Part shown: positions 1 to 9,481 of the stretch, in pieces | Layout: every line of letters begins with the position of its first letter | How positions within the stretch are numbered: the first letter of the stretch is position 1 | NCBI GenBank assembly: GCA_963710375.1 | Contig: CAVPZX010000007.1 | Location: 26,986 to 90,985 of the forward strand | DNA: 64,000 bases | Direction: 5' to 3' | Source: Nitrospirota bacterium | GTDB lineage: Bacteria; Nitrospirota; Thermodesulfovibrionia; Thermodesulfovibrionales; Dissulfurispiraceae | The notes under the pieces: generated by a model | The model's database searches: none | Told to the model about the DNA's origin: nothing | The model's input: only the letters and a program-made list of their open reading frames with translations | Made by a program: the position numbers and the translations under genes

Positions 1-335
1 CGGCGAATTCTACTCTCTGTCACATCTCTGTAGGCAAATGGATGAAGGCGGAAGGGATTGCGGAAGGCAAAGGTCCCGAGGGCGTTGGGTTCCTGAGCCA
101 TCAGCAGATAGACAGGTGCGCCAGGATGGCGGCAAATATGTCCATGAAAACACTCGAATTCCTGAATCAATGGAAGGACGGCAAATTCGAGGCTAAGAAT
201 GAGGCCCCGTCTGTCGCCAACCATATACCGTCTCAGAACAACTGTACCGATTGCCATCATGATAATGTCCCAACACCCGGACCATTCGGCACAGGAGTAG
301 GAATACTCAAAGGAAGATATGGTATCGGACTCTGA
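1..335 (+). CDS. Split-Soret cytochrome c / C-GCAxxG-C-C family protein, 3' part (5' end outside window)
   Basis: Frame is open from base 3: ANSTLCHISVGKWMK...DRCARMAA...NNCTDCH. The LCHxSVGKW and RCAR segments plus a C-terminal CxxCH resemble split-Soret cytochrome c. Confidence 0.75.
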   Translation, partial: ANSTLCHISVGKWMKAEGIAEGKGPEGVGFLSHQQIDRCARMAANMSMKTLEFLNQWKDGKFEAKNEAPSVANHIPSQNNCTDCHHDNVPTPGPFGTGVGILKGRYGIGL

Positions 336-478
336 AATAATAAGTGACAACAAATTATGGCGCTCTCTTAGTACATGAAAAAAGGGGAACTAGCTTAAGA
401 AGAACTAAGGTGCAAGATACATATTAAAATGTTGTAACTTTTTATAAGGATTTTAGGCTGAAAGGAGGTGAAAAAAGG

Positions 479-733
479 ATGAAGAAATTGCTCGCAATAG
501 TTGTAGCTATAATTTTTATTCTGGGTCTTGCCTCTTTCGGTTTCGCAGGAACCGAGAAATGCGACAAGTGCCATAAGGGTGAAAAAGCGGTAGAGAAAAT
601 GATAGCGAAAAAGAAAATTACTACCGCTGCCGATCTTACAAAGGCTTTGAGAGAAGGGCCTAAAGCCGGCATGCACAAGAAATTAACCGATGGCGAAATT
701 AAATCAGCTGCGGAAGCACTTAAGTTGAAATAG
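479..733 (+). CDS. Small secreted monoheme c-type cytochrome
   Basis: Strong SD (AAGGAGGT), Sec signal peptide, CDKCH heme motif, distal M/H (GMH), Lys-rich. Confidence 0.85.
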   Translation: MKKLLAIVVAIIFILGLASFGFAGTEKCDKCHKGEKAVEKMIAKKKITTAADLTKALREGPKAGMHKKLTDGEIKSAAEALKLK

Positions 734-751
734 CACTATTAATAATCGAGT

Positions 752-806
752 AGGCTGAGGGGTCACCCCCTCAAGCCTCTCACATCGCGCGGATGTGAGA
801 GCTTTT
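752..806 (+). terminator. Tandem hairpins, putative intrinsic terminator or attenuator
   Basis: AGGCT-GAGGGG-tcac-CCCCTC-a-AGCCT, then CTCTCACATC-gcgcg-GATGTGAGAG followed by CTTTT, just after the cytochrome stop. Confidence 0.55.
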
Positions 807-825
807 AACGAAAAAGGGGGCTGAC

Positions 826-1182
826 ATGGCGAAATTTCTTTTTGTTTTGAGTCGGGGAATGGACGATCCAGTTCGGGCTACCAGATGCATCCACCTGGCA
901 AAAGTTGCCAAAGAGGAGGGGCATGAAGTAAATGTATTCCTTATCGATGATGGCGTAACGATTGCCAAAATAGGTATGGCTGACAACATGAAATCCCCAA
1001 CCGGCGACGAACTCAAACCCCTGCTGGATTATCTCGCAAAAGCATCGGTCCCGACCATGGTTTGCACTCCTTGCGCAAATGCACGGCATATGGGGCAAGA
1101 GGATCTGATTCAGTCGGCCCGGTTTGAAACGGCAAAAAAGCTGATTGGTTTAGCTGCAGAATCAAAGGTGTTTACTTTTTAG
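826..1182 (+). CDS. DsrE/DsrF-like family protein
   Basis: GHEVNVFLIDDGV and VCTPCANAR motifs, 118 aa, typical of the DsrE family. Confidence 0.85.
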   Translation: MAKFLFVLSRGMDDPVRATRCIHLAKVAKEEGHEVNVFLIDDGVTIAKIGMADNMKSPTGDELKPLLDYLAKASVPTMVCTPCANARHMGQEDLIQSARFETAKKLIGLAAESKVFTF

Positions 1183-1183
1183 T

Positions 1184-1403
1184 ATGGACTATGATTCATT
1201 GAGCCGGGCCGAGCTCGAATCGGTGATGGATCACCTGCAGAGAAACCTCGAAGACATTGAGGAAATGATAGAGTTTGATTACAATTTTACGTCAGCGCAT
1301 ATCAGCGGACATCGGGTAAAGAAAGATGAAGAAAGAATCGCAGAGGCTGAAGGACAATATCTCACAGGTTCAGCGTATCTTATATGCCAAGTATGTACAG
1401 TAA
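1184..1403 (+). CDS. Small helical hypothetical protein, probably frameshifted near 1344
   Basis: The amphipathic N-part (MDYDSLSRAEL...DEERIA) continues naturally in the +1 frame as RLKDNISQVQRILYAKYVQ*, stopping at 1401-1403. The track ORF tail to 1444 looks non-coding. Confidence 0.45.
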
Positions 1404-1446
1404 GTTTTTTTGTTAATCGGATGGTAAAAACAACTTTCCCATAACA

Positions 1447-1713
1447 TTAACTTTCAATAGCTATTCCCACATTCGCAAAAAAGAAACGCTCTTTCAGCGC
1501 GGCATGCAGCAGCGATGCTTTCATCAGCCCGGTGCAATGTGAGACACCGAAATGTTCGATACGATATTTGTCAATTACCTTTAACGTTCCTTCGAATTGT
1601 TCCTCACTTGAAAAGTTCAAGTGCGTGCCTCCAATGACAGCGTAAATGGTATCTTGTTTGAGCATCCCAACGATGTGATCGAGTATGTTTATTACTCCGG
1701 CATGCGCACAGCC
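1447..1713 (-). pseudogene. 3' remnant of an MBL-fold metallo-hydrolase
   Basis: GCAHAG, IGGTHL and SHCTG motifs of the C-terminal third are present. The HxHxDH-containing N-terminal part is missing, and a different small gene lies upstream. Confidence 0.75.
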
Positions 1714-1735
1714 GGGCGATTTCCGCAATACGCGG

Positions 1736-1891
1736 TTAGTTGTTAATATCCTCCGGTATGGCGTCATTTGCCTTGTTTTCTTTCTTTATTGTGGGACGGG
1801 ATTTCCTATTCCGCCAACAGAGAAAAGCCCCTATGCTGAACAGCACTATGGCCGCCAAATCAAATATGCCATTAAGGTCAGGTGATATCAT
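1736..1891 (-). CDS. 51-aa single-TM small protein (not in ORF track)
   Basis: MISPDLNGIFDLAAIVLFSIGAFLCWRNRKSRPTIKKENKANDAIPEDINN*. AGGAG lies 8 nt upstream, the start overlaps the end of the response regulator, and the TM is followed by a basic patch. Confidence 0.55.
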   Translation of the reverse strand: MISPDLNGIFDLAAIVLFSIGAFLCWRNRKSRPTIKKENKANDAIPEDINN

Positions 1892-2309
1892 GAGACTTGC
1901 TCCTCCTTATAGTCAGGATATTATTGAAAGCTGCCATTAGCCTCTTGCTCAGGAAATCTGCGGCGATCGGCTTCGTTATAAAGTCATTTACACCCATATC
2001 CATCGCTTCCGCGAGAACACTCTCTTCGTTATGAGCCGTCAGCATCAAAAACAGTGTATCCTTTTGCTTATCCTCCTCCTTTATCCAGGCAAGGAGTTCC
2101 GTTCCCTTTGCCCCCGGCAAATTCCAGTCACACAACACGACGTCGTACGGCTTTACCGACAATTTTGCCATTGCCGCGTCCACGCTGCCCGCCTCATCTA
2201 ATTCGACCTTTATTCCGGCTTGTCCGGGGAACGACGATTTGATGCTGGCTTTTATGAAAGCCCTCATGGGAGATTCATCGTCAACTATCAAAACTCTTAT
2301 ATTTTCCAT
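1878..2309 (-). CDS. Single-domain CheY-like response regulator
   Basis: VLIVDD, LCDWNLP, MLTA and FITKP receiver motifs. Likely start is MENIRV at 2309. Confidence 0.9.
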   Translation of the reverse strand: MENIRVLIVDDESPMRAFIKASIKSSFPGQAGIKVELDEAGSVDAAMAKLSVKPYDVVLCDWNLPGAKGTELLAWIKEEDKQKDTLFLMLTAHNEESVLAEAMDMGVNDFITKPIAADFLSKRLMAAFNNILTIRRSKSHDIT

Positions 2310-2584
2310 ATTCCCGGATAATAGCTCGTCAGTTCTCCTCAGGAGCAAGTTGCCATGCAAGAGCCCTGTCTCTGTCTTCGCTATCAGGCATGGGCATAGT
2401 TTACGTAATAACGGCATGGGCAGTCAATAAGGCAACGGGTATTATAGTACTATCGGGTGTGTCCCTGTTCTTGACTCATACGCATTTCTGTTCTATGATT
2501 TTCATGAGAACGGCTGTTGCACAGAACATAATGCGGATGGGTGCAGCAAGCACTCGCCTTACTTCGTCTTGGAAGGAGCCCCGG

Positions 2585-2746
2585 ATGGGGGAAAGGACGT
2601 TTCCATTGTCCCGTGTCTATCAGCTGCTCGAACCCGGTCCTGTTGTGCTGGTCACAACGGCCAGAGCGGGGCGGGCGAACATCATGACTATGTCGTGGCA
2701 TACGATGCTGGATTTCGAGCCGCCAATAGCGGCTTGCGTGAAATGA
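2585..2746 (+). pseudogene. 5' remnant of a flavin reductase family protein
   Basis: AAGGAG SD, then MGERTFPLSRVYQLLEPGPVVLVTT...NIMTMSWHTMLDFEPP. Stops after 53 aa with no recognisable continuation. Confidence 0.75.
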
Positions 2747-2809
2747 CTATCGGGAGTCGGAGTTTAAGACAGACTAATACCGCAGGCAGAAAATATTGGC
2801 AGAGGAGGA

Positions 2810-3187
2810 ATGTTCATGCCGGTCAAGATCAGGATAACAGTTCGGGACATTACGCTGAATGCAGAACTTTTTGATACTCCATGCGCAAAGAAAATTGCAG
2901 GAGCACTGCCTATCGTCGCCAATCCTCAAGAATGGGGTGATGAGTTTTACTTTGAAATCCCGGTAAACATGTCACCTGATGAAACGGCAACGACCGTCGT
3001 CAAGGCCGGCGATATCGGCTATTGGCCTCCGGGAAGAGCACTCGCAATCTTTTTCGGGCCCACGCCAATGAGCAAGTGCAACGACCCTGTTCCTGCAAGC
3101 GCAGTGAACCTTGTGGGAAAGATTAATGGAGATTCAACCGTCCTCAGGCGCGTAAAAGGCGCTGGAGAAATACGTATTGAGCACTAA
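2810..3187 (+). CDS. Cyclophilin-like fold protein (DUF369/TM1367 type)
   Basis: WGDEFYF, GDIGYWPPGRALAIFFGPTP and PASAVNLVG motifs. Confidence 0.85.
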   Translation: MFMPVKIRITVRDITLNAELFDTPCAKKIAGALPIVANPQEWGDEFYFEIPVNMSPDETATTVVKAGDIGYWPPGRALAIFFGPTPMSKCNDPVPASAVNLVGKINGDSTVLRRVKGAGEIRIEH

Positions 3188-3198
3188 GCGGTGAGCAT

Positions 3199-3537
3199 AT
3201 GGATATCGAACACTATTCATTCGGAAAGATTGTCATTAAGGGCAATAGGTATTCCAAAGATGTTATCATCTTCTCCGACAGGGTTCTTTCACCCTGGTGG
3301 AGACAAGAGGGGCATTACCTCAGGATAGAAGACCTCGAGGAGGCACTCAAAGAAGAACCGGAGGTGCTTGTGATTGGGAAGGGATATTTTGGTATGATGG
3401 CAGTACCGGATGAGCTTGTAGCAAAACTCAGCAGTAATGGTATCCAGATAATCGCACAAAAATCTTCAGAGGCAGTAAAGACTTTTAACAATCTGAGCAC
3501 TAAAAAAAAGATTGCGGCCCTCCACCTTACCTGCTGA
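3199..3537 (+). CDS. Mth938-like domain protein (DUF498/DUF598)
   Basis: IEHYSFGKIVI, WWRQEGH, PEVLVIGKG and C-terminal AALHLTC. Confidence 0.85.
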   Translation: MDIEHYSFGKIVIKGNRYSKDVIIFSDRVLSPWWRQEGHYLRIEDLEEALKEEPEVLVIGKGYFGMMAVPDELVAKLSSNGIQIIAQKSSEAVKTFNNLSTKKKIAALHLTC

Positions 3538-3541
3538 AACA

Positions 3542-3569
3542 TACCTATTACCTATCACCAATCACCAAT
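3542..3569. repeat. 7-mer tandem repeat (YACCWAT x4)
   Basis: tacctat-tacctat-caccaat-caccaat between convergent genes; related units occur at 32077-32121. Confidence 0.7.
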
Positions 3570-3574
3570 TCGGC

Positions 3575-4111
3575 TCAGCCTCTTGATAGATAAAGAAGCA
3601 GGGCCCTTGCTATCGAGAAAAGTCGCAAGTAACGGTCATCATAATAGTCCCTGTATGTGTGGGGGAGAGAGACGTAACGCTCTTTGTCTTTGCTGTACGA
3701 CAGTGTTACCTCGGCAAATATCCCGTCTGTAAGATATATCCTGTGCGAGTAGTCCTTTGTCGAAGCGAGCACCAGCTTTGCGAAAGTAAGATAGCCGGGG
3801 TCCAGGTTTATCGTTCTTTTTCCATTAACCGACAATGAATTTTCAATCTCGCAGGTTTTCAACTTGGCTGCAGCAAGGCGGTCTTGTTCTATCAGTTCCT
3901 TGAAAAAAATGAATCTCCGGAAGATTGGCTCCCCCAGTTCCTCTTTATAATGCTCTGAGAAATCCCATTGAATGGCAGGGCTTTCCATAAGCACTTCACC
4001 GAAGCAATCTTCAAGATGATGGAGTGATTTGATATAAATGTCTTCCTTTGAAAACAGCGCTCCGACAAGGAGAAGAGCATTTTCGGGAGGTGTTGGGACT
4101 CGTCGCCTCAT
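3575..4111 (-). CDS. DUF4416 family protein
   Basis: RTINLDPGYL, LVLASTKDYSHRIYL and PHTYRDY motifs. Confidence 0.85.
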   Translation of the reverse strand: MRRRVPTPPENALLLVGALFSKEDIYIKSLHHLEDCFGEVLMESPAIQWDFSEHYKEELGEPIFRRFIFFKELIEQDRLAAAKLKTCEIENSLSVNGKRTINLDPGYLTFAKLVLASTKDYSHRIYLTDGIFAEVTLSYSKDKERYVSLPHTYRDYYDDRYLRLFSIARALLLYLSRG

Positions 4112-4117
4112 TGACGG

Positions 4118-4642
4118 CTATTCGTTTTCGAGGCGTGTCAGTGTGGCCCTTATGTCAGGCGAGTCCCATTGCAGCGGACCTACTACGTGGTGTTTGAGGG
4201 TACCTTTCTTATCTATAATAAAGGTTTCAGGCACGCCGGTAATGCCGTAAAGCTTGGCTGTGTCGCTGGTATCGATGAGTACGGGAAAAGCAAAACCTTT
4301 CGCTTTCAGGTACTCAAGCGCTTTTTCCTGGCCGTCATTGTAAAGCACAGATATAAAAATCAGCTTGCTATTGCCTTTTTCGATGTCGATCAGGCTCTGA
4401 ATAGAGGGAAGTTCTTCCTTGCACGTTTCACACCAGGAGGCCCAAAAATTCAGAAGTACCACTCTTCCCCTGAGATCGGCAAGCCTCCACAGCTTGCCGT
4501 CAGTGTCTTTAAGCTCGAAGGCAGGTGCCTCAAGGCCGACCGCTGCCTTGCTGACAGGATGTTCCCGGTTTTTTAAAGCTAAGATGATTCCGATAACGCC
4601 AAGAACCAGAATAACTGCGAGAATGACCCCTTTCGATTTCAC
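4118..4642 (-). CDS. TlpA/ResA-like thiol-disulfide oxidoreductase
   Basis: N-terminal membrane anchor, LLNFWASWCETC and GVPETFIID. Confidence 0.9.
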   Translation of the reverse strand: MKSKGVILAVILVLGVIGIILALKNREHPVSKAAVGLEAPAFELKDTDGKLWRLADLRGRVVLLNFWASWCETCKEELPSIQSLIDIEKGNSKLIFISVLYNDGQEKALEYLKAKGFAFPVLIDTSDTAKLYGITGVPETFIIDKKGTLKHHVVGPLQWDSPDIRATLTRLENE

Positions 4643-4657
4643 AGACTCAGGGCTCGC

Positions 4658-7109
4658 CTAATTTACCGAAACGAGCATCGAGGTCTCGGCTTCTTTAAAA
4701 ACCAGCTTGTCCTCCTCTAACACGACTGTCACTAAGGAAGTATTCTTGAACTTGTTCTTAATGAGGTCTTCTGAAAGAGGGTCCTCAATTTCACGGTAAA
4801 TCGCCCTGCGCATAGGCCGGGCCCCATATGTAGGCTGATAATATTTGTTGAGCAGCCATTCCTTGACCTCTGGAGACACATCGACCGTCAAAGCGTGTTC
4901 GGCCAGCTTCTTATTGGTTTCAACAAGCAGCAGATCGATAATAGACAGCAGATGTTCCTTCTCCAGTTGGTGGAAGACCACAGTCTCGTCGACACGGTTC
5001 AGGAATTCGGGATTAAAGGTCTTCTTGAGTTCGGACAACACATTTTCTTTGATCTTATCATACGCACTATCGGAAGTTACGTTGTGAAAGCCTAGCGGTG
5101 TTGCCTTTTCGATGATCCGTGCTCCGAGGTTGGAGGTCATAATAATAATAGTGTTTCTGAAATCGATCTTCCTCCCGTAACTATCCGTAAGAACACCCTC
5201 GTCAAGGATCTGCAACAGCGTATTGAACACATCCTGATGCGCCTTCTCGATCTCATCAAAAAGTATTACGGAATAGGGCCGCTTCCTGATTTTCTCGGTC
5301 AGCTGTCCACCTTCCTCATAGCCCACATAGCCCGGAGGCGAGCCTGTCAGTCGCGACACGTTGAAACGCTCCATATATTCCGACATATCGACTTTAACAA
5401 GAGCGCTTTCATCGTTGAACATGAACTCGGCAAGGGCCTTTGCAAGCTCTGTTTTGCCGACGCCGGTGGGTCCCAGGAAGAAGAACGAGCCGATAGGCCT
5501 GTTTTTGCTCTTCAGTCCGGCACGCGATCTGCGGATAGCCCGGGCAACAGCCCTTAACCCTTCATCTTGTCCTATAATACGCTGGTGAAGGACTTCTTCC
5601 ATTTTCAAAAGCTTCTCCGATTCAGTCTCTTCAAGCTTGTGCAAAGGGATGCCGGTCATTTTTGAAACAGTATAGGAGACATCCTCCTCACTCACAGATG
5701 GAATCTCTTTGGACAATGAGTCCTTCCATTTCTTATATTGAAGCTCGTAGGTCTTTTTCAGCTTGTCTTCCTCTGCCCTGACGGTCTGGGCCTTGTCGAT
5801 ATCGTGCAGACGGACATAGAGGCTTTTTTCTTTCGAAAGCTGGATCAGCTCGGTCTCCATGTCTCTCAATTCCTGCGGCATGGTTGCCCTTTTGAGCTTG
5901 ATTCTCGATCCGGTTTCATCTATTACATCGATTGCCTTGTCAGGGAGAAACCTGTCGGTAATATACCTGTCGGATAACTTAACGGCAGCCACTACCGATT
6001 CGTCACTAATCTTGACTTTATGGTGCTCTTCATAACGGGGCCGTAAACCCTTCAGGATATCTATAGTCGTTTCAGCGGCAGGAGGCTGGATGTATATTGA
6101 CTGGAACCTGCGTTCCAGCGCCCCGTCCTTCTCGATATACTTTCTGTACTCGGAGGGCGTTGTCGCTCCGATGCACTGCATCTCACCCCTTGACAGGGCG
6201 GGTTTCAACATATTGGAGGCATCGACCGATCCTTCAGCCGCACCTGCTCCGATAAGCGTGTGGAACTCATCGATAAAGATAATAATATTTTCGGACTGGA
6301 GAATTTCACGCATAACGGCCTTGAGCCTTTCTTCAAACTGTCCCCGATATTTTGTGCCCGCAATAAGGGCGCCGAGATCCAGCGAAATAATTCTCTTGCC
6401 CAATAGGCTGTCAGGCACATCGCCTAAAACGATTTTCTGGGCGAGACCCTCAACAATTGCGGTCTTGCCGACGCCGGGTTCGCCGATGATGGCAGGATTA
6501 TTTTTTATCCTCCTGCCCAAGATTTGCAGCACCCTCTCTATTTCATCCTCACGGCCTATCACAGGATCAAGTTTCCCTTCTATCGCAAGCAAGGTCAAGT
6601 CCCTGCCAAATTCGTCCAGGGCAGGAGTATTGGTTTTCCGCCGCTCTTTCTGGTTTGGCTGCTGGAACTGCGGTTTAATAGCAAGGTTAATAGTGAGCCT
6701 GCCTGGCAGCAAGAAGGTTTGCTCCCAGATTTCTTATTACTTTTCCGGCAACGCCTTCGTCCTCCCTTACTATACCCAGAAGAAGGTGCTCACTGCCGAT
6801 ATAGTTATGGCCCAGAAGCCTGGCTTCTTCAATAGCTAGCTCAAGTACCTTCTTTGCGCGGGGAGTAAAGGGGATGTCGCCGAACGTAAGGAGACTGCCT
6901 CCAATAGGAAGGTTTTTTTCGACTTCGAACTTTATCTCATCAACAGTAAGCCCCATTTTTTTTATGATGGTAATGGGAATACTGTCTTCCTCTCTTAATA
7001 TCGCCAGCAGAAGATGTTCGGTACCCAGGTAGTCGTTATTGCGCCTTTCCGCCTCTTCCTTAGCATATATGATGATTTTCCTGCCTCTTTCTGTAAACTT
7101 TTCAAACAT
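4658..7109 (-). CDS. clpC: ATP-dependent Clp protease ATPase subunit ClpC, split by a +1 frameshift at about 6698
   Basis: Clp N-domain ORF 6687-7109 plus ORF 4658-6712 with two AAA+ modules (GEPGVGKT, GPTGVGKT) and an LGF ClpP-docking loop. Removing one G (CAG G CTC) fuses them as ...AARQLTINL... Confidence 0.92.
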
Positions 7110-7158
7110 TTTTTCTCTCCTTGCAAATCACGCCTGTTAAATATCAACCCTTAAAAAA

Positions 7159-7188
7159 ATTCTACTCTTTGTACAGCGTTAATGTCAA
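7159..7188 (-). promoter_or_regulatory. Sigma70-type promoter of clpC
   Basis: TTGACA-18 nt-TAGAAT on the minus strand, about 50 nt upstream of the ATG. Confidence 0.65.
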
Positions 7189-7209
7189 CTAAACCGCCAA
7201 TTCGCTTAA

Positions 7210-7289
7210 AATTTTGAATGCTGAATGCTAAATTTTGAATTAATGAAAAAGTCCATAATTTATCATTTAAAATTCAACATTCAACATTT
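7210..7289. repeat. Palindromic 7-mer tandem element (AATKYTR family)
   Basis: Left arm aattttg-aatgctg-aatgcta-aattttg; right arm catttaa-aattcaa-cattcaa-cattt in inverted orientation. Confidence 0.75.
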
Positions 7290-7333
7290 CTTTGTTCTTG
7301 TATTCTTCTTTACCTATTATATATCTTTAAAGC

Positions 7334-9304
7334 ATGTATGTAAACGTGGTCTTTCCACTGAAAATACCTCCCCTTACTTATAAGGCCCCTTACGGAGCGC
7401 CTGCTGATCTTAGAGGAAGAATAGTACGGGCTCCGCTGATGGGGAGAAGCATCCGCGGTCTTGTCATGAGCACCAGCGAAAAGCCGGAAATGCTGATAAA
7501 AAAAGATATCAGGGAGATCCAGGAAATTTATCAAAATGTTATGTCAACCAGCGGCATTGCATTTCTGCAATGGCTGGCAGACTACTATCTCACTCCCGTG
7601 GGCACAGCTCTCAGAAGCAGTTTTTTTGAAGAGATTGCATCCATAGTGACGCAAGGGACAGAAGAGCAGGCGGCTGAGGGCGGGCCGGGGGGACATGCTA
7701 TAATTCCGTGCGAATCTGCAGATAATGCCGCGGTATCAGCTATCTGCACAAGCATCAGCAAGCATGGATACCGCTCATTCCTTTACCGCGCAGAGTCCTC
7801 AGGCGAAGAGAGAGCATTATTAATCTCGGCACTGACGCGTTTGAAGGACTCTCTTCGTCATGCGGTCATACTCGCGCCTGAAATTGCGCACCTGGAGTAC
7901 ATCGTATCACCCCTCAAAGACCTTTTCGGTGAGCGTGTTTGTGTGCTACACAGTAAACTTTCGAGAAAAGAGACTGCAGCTGCACTCAAAAGAATCATCA
8001 CAGATGTATCGGACATTGTTGTCGGGACGCGTTCCGCTATCCTTGCGCCTCTCAGGAAGGTTTCATTTATAGCAGTGCTGGCCGAGCACAGCCGTTCATA
8101 TAAGGCGGAAGAGGGGCTCAGATACAGCGGAAGGGACATAGCTGTCATGAGGGGGTTTCACGAAAAGGCATGCGTTCTTCTTTCTTCAATCTGTCCGTCG
8201 GTGGAATCTGTATATAATGTGAGTGTCGGCAAATATGTGATGCTTGAAAATGATAGACATATGTCGAAAGAGGGGCGTGCAGAACGACCTAAAATAAAAA
8301 TTATCGCTATGGGCGGCGCAAGGGGCGACCGTATGATTTTGGCCTCTGAACCCATTAAGGAAGCCAAACGCCTTGCCTCGCTGAATGAGCGGTTCCTTTT
8401 TCTGTCGAGCAGGAAAGGCTATTCGTTGCTGCGCTGTGAGGATTGCGGATTTGTGGAGCGGTGCGGGTTATGTGATGTGCCTCTTGTGTTTCATAAGGGA
8501 GAGGACGTCCTGAAATGCCAGTACTGTGGGTCCGCAGAGAAAAGCTCTGTATCGTGCAGTCAGTGCGGAGGAACCGCGATAGGGGCTTATGGCGCCGGCA
8601 CTGAGAGGGTCAAAGAGCAGGTCGAGAAATTGCTGAAAGCCGAGGCCCTGCTTGTTGAAAAAGGCAGGTCTGTTGGCCGTGTCATCACTGAGGACGGGGA
8701 TGACCTTGCTGCACTCGTGGTCGGCACCTCTTATGCAAAGGGTCTGGCTTACAAAAAAAGTGCCGAGCAAAGGCCATTTGGCGCAGCTGCTTTTCTTAAT
8801 ACGGACGCACTCCTTTTACAGCCGGACTTCCGGCTCTACGAGAGGGCGTTTCAGGAGATAATTACAGTTGCCCAGCTAGTCAAGAGGGACGGCACTGTAT
8901 TTCTTCAGACGAAAATGCCTCAGAACAATGTATTGCGTTTTATCAGGGCCTATGATTTCGACGGCTTTTACCGTTATGAGCTGGAACAGCGGAAAGCTTT
9001 TAATAATCCTCCTTATACGAAGCTCGTACTTTTTACTGTACCTTTCCAGGACGTTCAGAAAGAGCCGGGACGGGTGCTGGACGAAATGCAACGTGCCGCA
9101 GGCGCACTAAGCTCCGGAACTGTGGAAGTCCTTGGTCCTGTGGAACTCCCGTATCATTCAAAGAAATATCACCGCTGCATACAGTTGCTTTTGAAGTCAA
9201 AGGACAGAAATGCGCTGCACGATGCGGCCAGGGCTGTGCTGAAGGGACTTGGGAAGATAAAAGGCGCAAAAATAGTTGTGGAAGTTGACCCTCTGAAAAT
9301 CTAA
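7334..9304 (+). CDS. priA: Primosomal protein N' (PriA) with degenerate helicase motifs
   Basis: 3'-binding N-domain (LTY...G..V..P), VVGTRSA, four CxxC Zn pairs, GAGTERV, PDFR..ERAFQ, PPY and C-terminal VDP. Confidence 0.9.
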   Translation: MYVNVVFPLKIPPLTYKAPYGAPADLRGRIVRAPLMGRSIRGLVMSTSEKPEMLIKKDIREIQEIYQNVMSTSGIAFLQWLADYYLTPVGTALRSSFFEEIASIVTQGTEEQAAEGGPGGHAIIPCESADNAAVSAICTSISKHGYRSFLYRAESSGEERALLISALTRLKDSLRHAVILAPEIAHLEYIVSPLKDLFGERVCVLHSKLSRKETAAALKRIITDVSDIVVGTRSAILAPLRKVSFIAVLAEHSRSYKAEEGLRYSGRDIAVMRGFHEKACVLLSSICPSVESVYNVSVGKYVMLENDRHMSKEGRAERPKIKIIAMGGARGDRMILASEPIKEAKRLASLNERFLFLSSRKGYSLLRCEDCGFVERCGLCDVPLVFHKGEDVLKCQYCGSAEKSSVSCSQCGGTAIGAYGAGTERVKEQVEKLLKAEALLVEKGRSVGRVITEDGDDLAALVVGTSYAKGLAYKKSAEQRPFGAAAFLNTDALLLQPDFRLYERAFQEIITVAQLVKRDGTVFLQTKMPQNNVLRFIRAYDFDGFYRYELEQRKAFNNPPYTKLVLFTVPFQDVQKEPGRVLDEMQRAAGALSSGTVEVLGPVELPYHSKKYHRCIQLLLKSKDRNALHDAARAVLKGLGKIKGAKIVVEVDPLKI

Positions 9305-9321
9305 TTTCCCTCAGCATACAT

Positions 9322-9376
9322 CGCGTCGAAAAATATAAGGAAGGCAGGAGAAGGGTAGCACTTGTTTTTCGACGCG
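9322..9376. terminator. Perfect 12-bp inverted repeat between convergent genes
   Basis: CGCGTCGAAAAA ...31 nt... TTTTTCGACGCG downstream of priA. Confidence 0.45.
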
Positions 9377-9384
9377 CTGAAAGA

Positions 9385-9475
9385 GTGAATAGTGAAAGGT
9401 GAATGGTGAATAGTTAAAAGCTAAAGATTTTTTGTTTTACGTTTTTCCTTGAGCCGTTGACGATTCACTATTCAC
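9385..9475. repeat. Palindromic 7-mer tandem element (GTGAATR family)
   Basis: gtgaata-gtgaaag-gtgaatg-gtgaata ... cgttgac-gattcac-tattcac. Confidence 0.8.
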
Positions 9476-9481
9476 CTCTCT

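Noticed and set aside
2744..2767. Selenocysteine read-through of the flavin reductase TGA
   Set aside because: Read-through hits TAA within seven codons and similarity does not resume.
6687..6712. Programmed frameshift in clpC
   Set aside because: No slippery sequence or stimulatory structure; a single extra G is the simpler explanation.
6090..6839. 249-aa + strand ORF and many similar antisense ORFs (e.g. 42606-43208, 44107-44688, 47942-48547)
   Set aside because: They are shadows of well-supported genes on the opposite strand, with no motifs or SD.
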